51,311 bases of DNA from Gemmatimonadales bacterium (GTDB lineage Bacteria; Gemmatimonadota; Gemmatimonadetes; Gemmatimonadales; GWC2-71-9), in the NCBI GenBank assembly GCA_044866195.1, contig JBIOTT010000050.1:1-51311 (forward strand), read 5' to 3'. The stretch's first letter is position 1. The number at the start of each line of letters is the position of its first letter. This document shows, one piece after another, positions 25,988 through 34,333 of this stretch. The notes below the pieces were generated by a model. That model did no database searches. It was not told where the DNA came from and worked only from the letters and a program-made list of their open reading frames with translations. The position numbers and the translations under genes were made by a program.

Positions 25988-27199
25988 ATGGCAACCCCCG
26001 GTATCGAAGTTCACCACGTCTGGAAGCGGTTCCGCCGCGGCGAGCTGCACGACAGCCTGCGCGACCTGGTCCCGGCCTTGGCCAAGCGGCTGGTGGGCCG
26101 GGCGCCGCGGGCGGACGAGCTGCGCACGGGGGATTTCTGGGCCCTCAAGGACGTGAGCTTCAGGGTCGAGCCGGGTCAGGCATTGGGCATCATCGGCCCG
26201 AATGGGGCGGGCAAGTCCACGGTCCTCAAGATTCTGACCCGGATTCTGCGTCCCAACCGGGGAGCCTGCGCGGTGCGCGGGCGGATCGGCGCCCTGATCG
26301 AGGTGGCGGCCGGGTTTCATCCGGACCTGACTGGGCGGGAGAACGTCTTCCTGCAGGGCGCCATTATGGGCATGTCGGCCGCCGATACCCTGCGGAAATT
26401 CGACGAGATCGTCGAGTTCTCGGGGATCTCCGAGTTCATCGACACCCCGGTGAAGCGCTATTCGAGCGGCATGAACGCGCGGCTCGGATTTTCTATCGCG
26501 GTCCACCTCGACCCAGACGTCCTCATCATCGATGAGGTGCTCGCGGTGGGGGACTACAGCTTCCAGCACCGGGCGTTCGGCCGGATCCGGGAGCTGGTGC
26601 GCCGGGACATTCCGGTGATCGTGGTCTCGCATCAGCTCGATCGCATCGCGGAGCTCTGTACCGACGCGATCCTGCTCAACCGGGGGGAAGTCGTCCGCCA
26701 GGGCAAGGCAGCCGACTGCATTGCGGCCTACGTTCTCAACCCGACCCTGTCAGTCGTGCCCAACAGCAGCAGCGACGATCCGATCGTGCTCGAGGCCCTC
26801 GCGTTCGAATCCGATACGCCGGTACGCTCGGGCGAGCGGATCCGCACTACCGTGCGGGGGACGGTCTCGCCCCGAGGCATCCCCGAGGCTATCGAAGGAC
26901 TGGTCGTCACGGTCCGCTCGGCCCAAACCGGCGAGCGCCTGTTCAGCTCCAGCACCCAGCGGCTGGGCGTGGAGCTCCCGTCCCAGGGCCCGTTCGAGCT
27001 GCTGGTGGACCTGCAGTTCAACGTCCCTCCGGGCATCTATGGCCTGGAAGTGATGGTGTGGGACCGCCAGCGCGGCGGGGCCACTGGACAGCGACTGAGC
27101 GGCTACGTGCAGGTAGCAGAGGGTCCCGACTTTTCCGGACCGGTGCAGATGAATGGAGTGATGCAAGTGCTCACCCTTGACGCCACGCCGCGCAGCTGA
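25988..27199 (+). CDS. wzt: Polysaccharide ABC exporter ATP-binding protein (Wzt) with a C-terminal ~150-aa beta-rich extension
   Basis: Walker A is GPNGAGKST, the signature motif is YSSGMNARL, and Walker B is LIIDEVLAVGD. A non-NBD C-terminal domain follows (residues ~250-403), in the position of the Wzt glycan-terminus-binding domain. Confidence 0.88.
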   Translation: MATPGIEVHHVWKRFRRGELHDSLRDLVPALAKRLVGRAPRADELRTGDFWALKDVSFRVEPGQALGIIGPNGAGKSTVLKILTRILRPNRGACAVRGRIGALIEVAAGFHPDLTGRENVFLQGAIMGMSAADTLRKFDEIVEFSGISEFIDTPVKRYSSGMNARLGFSIAVHLDPDVLIIDEVLAVGDYSFQHRAFGRIRELVRRDIPVIVVSHQLDRIAELCTDAILLNRGEVVRQGKAADCIAAYVLNPTLSVVPNSSSDDPIVLEALAFESDTPVRSGERIRTTVRGTVSPRGIPEAIEGLVVTVRSAQTGERLFSSSTQRLGVELPSQGPFELLVDLQFNVPPGIYGLEVMVWDRQRGGATGQRLSGYVQVAEGPDFSGPVQMNGVMQVLTLDATPRS

Positions 27200-27201
27200 C
27201 G

Positions 27202-28404
27202 ATGCGGCTCTGCGTACTCACGTCCGAATACCCGTTCACCACCCACACTTTCGTATACGAGCCCATCCAGTGGCTGCAGTCGTTCGGTCACGACGTGCAG
27301 GTCGTTGCCGAGCGGCGCGGCAAGCTGCCGGGTACCAGCGCGGAAGTTTTCCCGGCGACGATCATCCCCCGCGGGGGGCTCGATCGCCGGAGGAAGCTGC
27401 GTAATTTGGCCGGCTCGCCGGCCGAGGCAGCCCGGCGGTACCGCACAGCGACGCGTTGGTCGCGCAGCACGGAGTGGTCGTCGCTCGAGGTCCTGACGCG
27501 CTCGCTGCTCCCCTCCCTCTCCGGAGCGGAGGGCGTGCTGGCCCATTTTGGTCCGTTTGGCGCCCGGTGGCTTCCGGCCGTCGCGACGGCAGGGAAGCCC
27601 TACGCCGTGTTCTTTCACGGCTACGACGCGACCAGTTGGGTCAAGCAGGACCCCCGCGCTTATGAGCAGCTCATCCGATCCGGCGCAGGCTTCATCACCA
27701 ACGGCGAGTATCTCGAGTCCCGGTTGGTGGCGGCCGGCGTGCCGCCGGAGCGGATCGCGATCTGCCGCTACGGAGTGAGCACCGACGTGGCAGCTGTTCG
27801 CGAAAGCCCTGATCTGTCTACCTCGCGGATCCTCACGATCGCCCGGCTGGTAGAGAAGAAGGGCGTGGGAGACTCGATCACCGCATTCGCCCAAGCGCAG
27901 GACGTGCTGCAAGGTCGATGGGAGTACCACATTGTCGGCGATGGTCCTCTGCTCCCGACGCTGCGGGAGCTCACCGAAACGCTGGGCATCGCGTCGCTGG
28001 TCCGATTTCGTGGGTTTCTTTCGCGGCCTGACACGATCCAGGCCCTGCTCGAAGCATCGGTCTTCCTGCTCGCGAGCCGCACAGCGGCCGACGGCAACAC
28101 GGAGGGCACCCCGGTCTCCATCATCGAAGCCGCCACGCTCGGGCTGCCGGTGGTTTCCACCATTCACGCCGGCATCCCGGAAATTCTTCCGGCGGATGCT
28201 GCACCGGCCGGACTCCTGGTTCCCGAGGGCGATGTGGCCGCGCTTGCCCGAGCCCTTCGGCGGTTGGGAGCCTCGGTTGGTGAGCGCCGGTGCTGGGGCG
28301 AGGCGAATCAGACCCATGCCCGGGCGCGGTACTCGGCCGCGAGCCACGTCGCCAGCCTGATCGACGGCCTGGCGAGCGTGGCCCGGCCGCCCCGGACGGG
28401 GTGA
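27202..28404 (+). CDS. Family-4 (GT-B) glycosyltransferase
   Basis: The Glycos_transf_1 C-terminal half reads RLVEKKG, GDGPL and EGTPVSIIEAATLGLPVVST (EX7E-type). Confidence 0.8.
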   Translation: MRLCVLTSEYPFTTHTFVYEPIQWLQSFGHDVQVVAERRGKLPGTSAEVFPATIIPRGGLDRRRKLRNLAGSPAEAARRYRTATRWSRSTEWSSLEVLTRSLLPSLSGAEGVLAHFGPFGARWLPAVATAGKPYAVFFHGYDATSWVKQDPRAYEQLIRSGAGFITNGEYLESRLVAAGVPPERIAICRYGVSTDVAAVRESPDLSTSRILTIARLVEKKGVGDSITAFAQAQDVLQGRWEYHIVGDGPLLPTLRELTETLGIASLVRFRGFLSRPDTIQALLEASVFLLASRTAADGNTEGTPVSIIEAATLGLPVVSTIHAGIPEILPADAAPAGLLVPEGDVAALARALRRLGASVGERRCWGEANQTHARARYSAASHVASLIDGLASVARPPRTG

Positions 28405-28424
28405 TCCGCTCGCGGATCGCTACC

Positions 28425-29342
28425 ATGGACGCAAGCGTCATCCTGGCGACCCGGGATCGGGGCGAGCTCCTGGCGCAGACCCTTGCGCACCTGGCCCGGC
28501 AGACCGTGGGCGACCTGAGCTGGGAAGTGATCGTGGTAGACAATGGGAGCACGGACTCCACCCCGGCTGTGCTCGCCAGCGCTGCCGGGCGACTGCCGCT
28601 CCAGAGCCTCCGGGAACCATTGCCCGGAAAGAACCGGGCGCTGAATCGGGCGCTTGCCGCTGCCCGAGGTGAGCTGCTGATCTTCACCGATGATGACATC
28701 ATCGCCGATCCTGCCTGGATCGCGAATCTGATCGGGGCGGCGCGTCGCTGGCCGGAGGCCACGATTTTCGGAGGCCGCATCATGTTGGCCTTCCCCCCCG
28801 GCACGCCGGAATGGCTCCAGCAGCCGATCCATGGCGCGATGAACTTCGCCCGCTATTCGCCGGTGGAGCCCGAGGGCCCCACGGCACACCTCCCCAATGG
28901 GCCCAACTTCGCGGTTCGAGCCTGCGCCCTGCAGGGCCTCCGTTACCGGGAGGACATCGGTCCACAAGCGGGCACGGCGTACGTCATGGGCTCGGAGACC
29001 GAGCTCATCCTGCGACTGCGAGATCGTGGCGCGGGCATGGTTTACGTACCTTCGGCCGTGGTGCAGCACGTGGTGCAGAAGGGACAGCTGACGGACCGGT
29101 ATCTGCTCGGTCGCAGCTACCGTCTCGGCCGCGGCCACGTGCGCCGCCACGGCGACCCCGCGGCGGCCAGCTTCCTCCTCGGCGCGCCCCGCTACCTCTG
29201 GCGCTCGGCCTTTGCGAGTGGAGCGGGCTACCTGCTCAGTCTTCCCCTGGGCCGACGCCGGCGGCTGTACCACGGCCTCCGGTTCCTGTTCTATCTCGGC
29301 TGCATCCGCGAGCATCGCGCCGCCAGAGCGGCAAGGGGTTGA
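28425..29342 (+). CDS. Family-2 glycosyltransferase
   Basis: The product starts MDASVILATRDR. GT-A motifs are VIVVDNGSTDST and LIFTDDDIIADP (DxD). The start is set at ATG 28425. Confidence 0.8.
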   Translation: MDASVILATRDRGELLAQTLAHLARQTVGDLSWEVIVVDNGSTDSTPAVLASAAGRLPLQSLREPLPGKNRALNRALAAARGELLIFTDDDIIADPAWIANLIGAARRWPEATIFGGRIMLAFPPGTPEWLQQPIHGAMNFARYSPVEPEGPTAHLPNGPNFAVRACALQGLRYREDIGPQAGTAYVMGSETELILRLRDRGAGMVYVPSAVVQHVVQKGQLTDRYLLGRSYRLGRGHVRRHGDPAAASFLLGAPRYLWRSAFASGAGYLLSLPLGRRRRLYHGLRFLFYLGCIREHRAARAARG

Positions 29343-29349
29343 CCTGCCA

Positions 29350-30315
29350 GTGTTGAGCGTGTCCGCAGTCATCCCCTGCTACAACGCGGGACCGTTCCTG
29401 GCCCAGACCATCGAATCGGTCCTGGGTCAGACCCGGGCGGTCAGCGAAATCGTGCTGGTTGACGATTGCTCGACCGACGACTCGGCCGAAGTGGCCCAAC
29501 GCTATCCGGTCCGATACTTCCGCACCCCGGTCAACTCGGGCAATGCGGTCGCCCGGAACACCTGCCTCCGGGAAGCCCGCTCCGATCTGGTCGCGTGGCT
29601 CGACGCGGACGACTACTGGGAGCCGCACCACGTGGCGACCATCGCCGGCCTGCTCGAGCGGTATCCCGAAGCGGGAGCGGCGTTCGGCGCCGTGCGGCTG
29701 GCCGGCACGGCCCAAGGCGTCGCGACGCCCCGGATACCGCCAGGCCCGCCGGTGGACTTCTTCTGGGAAAGCTTCTGGCGCACCCCGGGTCCCCAGATGG
29801 CCGCCATCGGCCGGCGTGAGGCGATGCTCGCGGTCGGCGGTTACGACGAGCGGATGCGCAGCGGAAACGACTTCGACATCTGGATGCGTTTTGCCCGCCA
29901 CCACAAGCTGGTGAGCACCCATGAGATCACGTCGAATTACCGCTGGCACCCGGGGCAGCTGAGCGCCCGGCCCGAACATCAATATCGGAATTCGTATCTT
30001 GCGCGGGCACGCTTCCGGGACCAGGTCGCAGCCGAGGGCGACCAGGCCTTGGTCGACGAAATGGAGCAGCGAATGCGCTGGATCTGGGAGCGCGATCTCG
30101 AGTTGTGCTGGCGAAAGCGGGAAATGAGGGCCGTGCGCTACCTGCTTCGTTTCGCGGATCTGGTTCCCCAGGCTCCGGAACAGGTACGACGACACTACGC
30201 GCGCAAGGCGTGGCTGCCGCGGCTCGCGCTCCGTGCCTGGGATCTGGGCCCGAGCGGGGTGGGCCGCAAGCTGCTGGAGCGGGTTACCGGGAGCGCGGCG
30301 ACGCCCCCTCCCTGA
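29350..30315 (+). CDS. Family-2 glycosyltransferase
   Basis: GT-A motifs are VSAVIPCYNAGPFL, IVLVDDCSTDDS and WLDADDYW (DxD). The start (GTG 29350) is uncertain. Confidence 0.8.
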   Translation: MLSVSAVIPCYNAGPFLAQTIESVLGQTRAVSEIVLVDDCSTDDSAEVAQRYPVRYFRTPVNSGNAVARNTCLREARSDLVAWLDADDYWEPHHVATIAGLLERYPEAGAAFGAVRLAGTAQGVATPRIPPGPPVDFFWESFWRTPGPQMAAIGRREAMLAVGGYDERMRSGNDFDIWMRFARHHKLVSTHEITSNYRWHPGQLSARPEHQYRNSYLARARFRDQVAAEGDQALVDEMEQRMRWIWERDLELCWRKREMRAVRYLLRFADLVPQAPEQVRRHYARKAWLPRLALRAWDLGPSGVGRKLLERVTGSAATPPP

Positions 30316-30324
30316 GCGACCGGT

Positions 30325-31446
30325 TCAATTCCGGTTCAAGAGGCGCTGATAGAGCCGCTCGTAGCCGCGCACCATCGCGTCCAGGCTGAACGCCTCTTCG
30401 ACTCGCCGTCGGGCAGTCAGCGCATCCCGGTTCCGCACCTCCGGATCGGCCAGCGCGGCTGACCATGCCGCCGCCAGCGCGGCCGGATCCTCCGAGTGAA
30501 CGAGCCGGTGCCGGAGCTCCGGACCGAGCACATCACGGTTGCCTCCGACATCGGTGACCACGGGGCAGAGACCCGCGCTCATCGCCTCGAGCAGGCTCAC
30601 TGACGTCCCCTCGCTACGGGACGCCATGGTGAACAGGGTGAAGGAGGCGTGAAACGCCTCAACGTCGTCCCGCCAGCCCAGCAGGAATACGCCGTCCAGT
30701 CCCTGCTCGCGGGCGAGCGCCTGAAGGCGCTCCCGGTCGGGGCCATCGCCCCCGACCACGAGCACCGGAGCCCGGCCGGGGCCCCGCCAATCCGCCCGGA
30801 ACCGGGCATACGCCGCGAGCATTACGTCGTACCCCTTGATCGGCTGAAGCCGGCCGATGCTGCCCAGAATCGGCACATCGGGCGCTAACCCGAGCTCGCG
30901 CCGCGCAGCACCGTCGTCGGCAGCAGGCCGGTGGTGCGCCGTATCGACGCCGTTCACGATCAACTCGACCGGGGCGGCTCCGCAGACCACCGTGTCCCGC
31001 AGGCGCTGTTCCAGCGGAGCCGAGACGGCGACCACGACGTCGGTGCGGCGGGCTGCAGTCCGCTCGAGCAGCCGGCGCGCCAGTCGATCCGGATTGGGGC
31101 GACCGTGATCCGTATGGATCACCACCGGAATCCGGGCCCGGCGGGCGGCCAGGGACGCCTTGTACCACACCCCGCTGTGGGAATGGACGATGTCGGGCCG
31201 GAGCTGCTTCAGCGCTGCGATCAGCCCTGCCGGCCACAGCATGGAGAGCTTCGAGAGCGGCGGCAGCCGATGCAGTGGCACCCGGCTCGATAGGCCCTCG
31301 CCTAACCGGCCCACACCGCCCAGCACCAGCACGTGCGGCTCGAAGCGCGTGGGATCGAGCCGCCCGACCAGCTCCACAATCAGGCGCTCCATACCGCCGT
31401 AATTGAGGTTCTGAACGACCTGGAGTACCCGGGCGGGACGAGTCAC
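30325..31446 (-). CDS. Family-4 (GT-B) glycosyltransferase
   Basis: The N-terminal region reads VLQVVQNLNYGGMERL. C-terminal motifs are GDGPDRERL and SEGTSVSLLEAMSAGLCPVVTDVGGN. The GTG start overlaps the stop of the PHP gene (GTGA). Confidence 0.8.
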   Translation of the reverse strand: MTRPARVLQVVQNLNYGGMERLIVELVGRLDPTRFEPHVLVLGGVGRLGEGLSSRVPLHRLPPLSKLSMLWPAGLIAALKQLRPDIVHSHSGVWYKASLAARRARIPVVIHTDHGRPNPDRLARRLLERTAARRTDVVVAVSAPLEQRLRDTVVCGAAPVELIVNGVDTAHHRPAADDGAARRELGLAPDVPILGSIGRLQPIKGYDVMLAAYARFRADWRGPGRAPVLVVGGDGPDRERLQALAREQGLDGVFLLGWRDDVEAFHASFTLFTMASRSEGTSVSLLEAMSAGLCPVVTDVGGNRDVLGPELRHRLVHSEDPAALAAAWSAALADPEVRNRDALTARRRVEEAFSLDAMVRGYERLYQRLLNRN

Positions 31447-32225
31447 CGGGCCGGGCCCTGGTCTCGTCGCCGCCGGGGTCGTCGGGCACGGGCGCTGTCG
31501 TGCAACCGCTCCAGGATGCGAAGGCCCCGGCGGCAGGTCCTGAGCGCGTTCAAGCGGAGGGGGCCCCAAGTCGGCCGGGCGGCGAACCGAAGCGTCAACC
31601 CGTGGTTGGTGAAGCGGCCCGCCCGGAGCTCGCCGATCGGATCGTCGGTCCTCCGGTGGAGCACCACGCGGGTGCCGCGATCGTTGCTGGCATCGTGCTG
31701 ATCGAGTCCGGCAACGGCGAGCAGGTCGGACCGCTCGCGCCGCACTGACTGCAGCAGCTCGAACGCCAGCGGGTCGGGGAGGTAGCGGGTATCATAGGCC
31801 GCGTTCCAGACTTCGATCGCGTCGATCCGGCGGCGCACCGATTCGGGGAGCCGGTACCGGGCCAGCATGGGGTGGGCCACGATCGTGAACCCCGCGACCG
31901 GGGGGGCGAGCTCGATGAACGCATCGGGCGTGGCTGGCTCGATCCAGGCCCGCAGCCCCAGCGCGAGGAGATGCAGCCCTGGAAAGCCCTCGAAGCGGAA
32001 CTCGAGACCGGGGATCAACCGGACCCCATCCCGTGAGTGCTCCTCGCACTCGAGCAAATACCGGCGGAAGAGCTCAGGTCCGAGATCTTCGGCGTGGTCC
32101 GTCAGGCCCACGAACCCGAGCCCGCGCTCACATGCGAACTGGTGAACTCGGGCGAGCGAGTCGCGCCCATCGTGGGAGTAGTCACTGTGCACGTGAACCA
32201 CCCCGGCCGTGCCGGCTGCGGTCAT
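31443..32225 (-). CDS. PHP-domain metal-dependent phosphoesterase
   Basis: The N-terminal PHP motif is VHVHSDYSHDG, followed by GLTDHAED and later His residues (AHPM). The ATG overlaps the stop of the ATP-grasp gene (ATGA). Confidence 0.7.
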   Translation of the reverse strand: MTAAGTAGVVHVHSDYSHDGRDSLARVHQFACERGLGFVGLTDHAEDLGPELFRRYLLECEEHSRDGVRLIPGLEFRFEGFPGLHLLALGLRAWIEPATPDAFIELAPPVAGFTIVAHPMLARYRLPESVRRRIDAIEVWNAAYDTRYLPDPLAFELLQSVRRERSDLLAVAGLDQHDASNDRGTRVVLHRRTDDPIGELRAGRFTNHGLTLRFAARPTWGPLRLNALRTCRRGLRILERLHDSARARRPRRRRDQGPAR

Positions 32226-33409
32226 CGGCGGCGCACCCAATCGAGAGTCTCCCGAAGGAAGGGCTTGGGATCATCGAAGCGCAGCACCGGACACCGGGCG
32301 CCCGGCGTCAGAGCCAGGAAGTTTGCCAGCGTACGCCAGCGGCCCGGGCTGCCGGGCGGAAGGGCGAGGTAGTCCGCCGAATGGCGCCAGCGGGTCCAGA
32401 GGTGATCGATATCGCCCCACCACCACCGGCTCCGCACCCCGACTCGATACGGCGGCAAGGGGGCCGGTGCCCGGCCGAGTGCGAGCTCGACCAGCAGCCG
32501 GGGGAAATCGACCCCGGCGTCTATTGCGAGCGCCAACGAGCCCCAGAACCGGCCGTTCACCTCCATCACGTAAGGCGTGCCGTTTGCCGCATCGAGCTTG
32601 TACTCCACCATCGCGGCGCCCTGCCAGCCGAAGCGGTCGAGCAACGCCCGCGACCGCTCGACCAGCGCAGGATCGGCTGCGATGCTCTCGCAGTACACGC
32701 TGACGCCTCCGGCGGGAGGCTTCTCTCGCAAGCGCCGGTGGGCAAAGCTGGCCACGAGACGGCCGTCCCACACCAGCTCGAAGATGCCTACCCCCGGGCC
32801 CACGACCCGCTGCTGCAGCAACACCGGAAATGCCTCCGCGGGAAGCGCGGCGAACCGGTCCCGCAGGGCCCGAGCATCGCGGGCATAGGAGACCAGCAGC
32901 TTGACCCGGCGTCCCCCGATCTCAGTGGTGGAACGGGCGGGCTTGACCACCAGCGGAAACGGCAGGGAGGTCGGATCGAGCGCGGCCGCCGCCGCGCGAT
33001 CGGCGACGGTGCACTGTGCCGGGACTGCCAGACCGACCTCGCTCGCTTCCGCGTGGACCAGCTGCTTGTCCGAGATCCGCCGGAATGCCTCGAGTGATGG
33101 AAACGGCACTACGGCCCGCCCCAGCCGGTCGCGTACCGCGAGGATGGCAAGCACCGAGGCGTCGGTGATGGGCAGGACGACGTCTACATCCAGCTCGCGC
33201 GCCAGATCGGCGATCGCCTCCGCGAAACGATCCGGAGCGGCGAGCGCATCGGGGACCGCGAACCGGCCACGGGCGAACCGGGATACGCCGGCAAGGGATC
33301 CGTTCCGGTTTTCCGCGACCAGGGGGGAAAAGCCCGCACGGCCCAGCGACCGCACCACGGCAAGCGCCGCGCGCTGCTCGCCGTCCGTCACCAGCACCCG
33401 GCCGGTCAC
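32222..33409 (-). CDS. ATP-grasp family ligase
   Basis: The pre-ATP-grasp N-terminus is RVLVTDGEQRAALAVVRSLGRAG. ATP-grasp core motifs are FPLVVKPARS, LLQQRVVGPGVGIF, AMVEYK and VMEVNGRFWGS. The GTG start overlaps the stop of the deacetylase gene. Confidence 0.75.
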   Translation of the reverse strand: MTGRVLVTDGEQRAALAVVRSLGRAGFSPLVAENRNGSLAGVSRFARGRFAVPDALAAPDRFAEAIADLARELDVDVVLPITDASVLAILAVRDRLGRAVVPFPSLEAFRRISDKQLVHAEASEVGLAVPAQCTVADRAAAAALDPTSLPFPLVVKPARSTTEIGGRRVKLLVSYARDARALRDRFAALPAEAFPVLLQQRVVGPGVGIFELVWDGRLVASFAHRRLREKPPAGGVSVYCESIAADPALVERSRALLDRFGWQGAAMVEYKLDAANGTPYVMEVNGRFWGSLALAIDAGVDFPRLLVELALGRAPAPLPPYRVGVRSRWWWGDIDHLWTRWRHSADYLALPPGSPGRWRTLANFLALTPGARCPVLRFDDPKPFLRETLDWVRRR

Positions 33410-34326
33410 CGCTGGAAAAGCCCGGCCGCCCGCAGCGCAAACCCGGCGGCGGAGAGCCCGGCCGGCACGTTCAGCCGCGGGAGCGCGTGCAGCGGGGCGG
33501 CGCCGGGCCGGAAGTGGCCGCCGGCCCCGCGGACCGAGGCAAGGTACCCCGCCGCTTGCGCGTCAGCGCGGGTGTCCGCCGTCTCGAGCCCATAGGGGTA
33601 GGACAGCCAGGGAATCGAGATCTGCGGAAACATCGATTCGAGCCATGCCTTCGATCGGGTGAGCTCGAGCTGCCGGCGCGCCGGGTCGATGGCAGCGAGG
33701 TTCAGGTGACTCCAGCTATGCGATCCCAGGGTGAGACCCCGGTACGCGGCCGCGGACCGAAGCTCGCCTTCGGTCGCAGCCCGAGCCCATGCCGGCAATG
33801 GGTCGCCGGAAGCGAGACCCTGCTGGTCCGCCCATCGGCGGATCGACTCGTCGTCTCCGGCGAGCTCGGTCAGTAGTCGGGCACGGAGGTCCGCCGGCAG
33901 CACACCGGCAAAGCCCTCCGCCAGATCGTCCCACCAGAATGATCGCCCGCCGATGAACGCCGGCGGAACGAAGACAGTAGCGGGCAACCCTCGCTTGGCC
34001 AGCTCCTCGAGCCCGGCGGTGAGCGTACCGGAATACGCGTCGTCGAACGTGATGGCGGCGCGGGACCGGCCGGGCGCCGCCGGCTCACTCCAGAGCTTCG
34101 TGAGCGGCACCACGTCGTGGTCGTGCAGCAACTCATCGAGCTGCCCGCCGAAGGCCCGCTGCGGGAGGTGGAGGGAGCGGTCGCCGCGGGCCGTTTCGCC
34201 CCGCGGGACCACGTTGTGATAACTCAGAATGAGGACCTGGCCGCGGCGCCGGAGTCCGCCGACGACCCGGCCCCCGGCGCGTATCGCGATCAGCTCCGCC
34301 AGGCCTTTGAGCCGCACCCGGAGCAT
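33406..34326 (-). CDS. Polysaccharide deacetylase (CE4/NodB family)
   Basis: Motifs are LSYHNV, ITFDDAY (the metal-binding Asp pair), LPATVFV and LGSHSWSH. The start is set at ATG 34326, 7 nt after the upstream stop. Confidence 0.8.
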   Translation of the reverse strand: MLRVRLKGLAELIAIRAGGRVVGGLRRRGQVLILSYHNVVPRGETARGDRSLHLPQRAFGGQLDELLHDHDVVPLTKLWSEPAAPGRSRAAITFDDAYSGTLTAGLEELAKRGLPATVFVPPAFIGGRSFWWDDLAEGFAGVLPADLRARLLTELAGDDESIRRWADQQGLASGDPLPAWARAATEGELRSAAAYRGLTLGSHSWSHLNLAAIDPARRQLELTRSKAWLESMFPQISIPWLSYPYGLETADTRADAQAAGYLASVRGAGGHFRPGAAPLHALPRLNVPAGLSAAGFALRAAGLFQR

Positions 34327-34333
34327 GCCGCCG

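Noticed and set aside
30321-30340. Direct repeat ccggttcaa..ccggttcaa at the convergent junction of two glycosyltransferase genes.
   Set aside because: It is only 9 nt long, overlaps the last codons and stop of the minus-strand GT4 gene, and has no further copies. It is probably chance.
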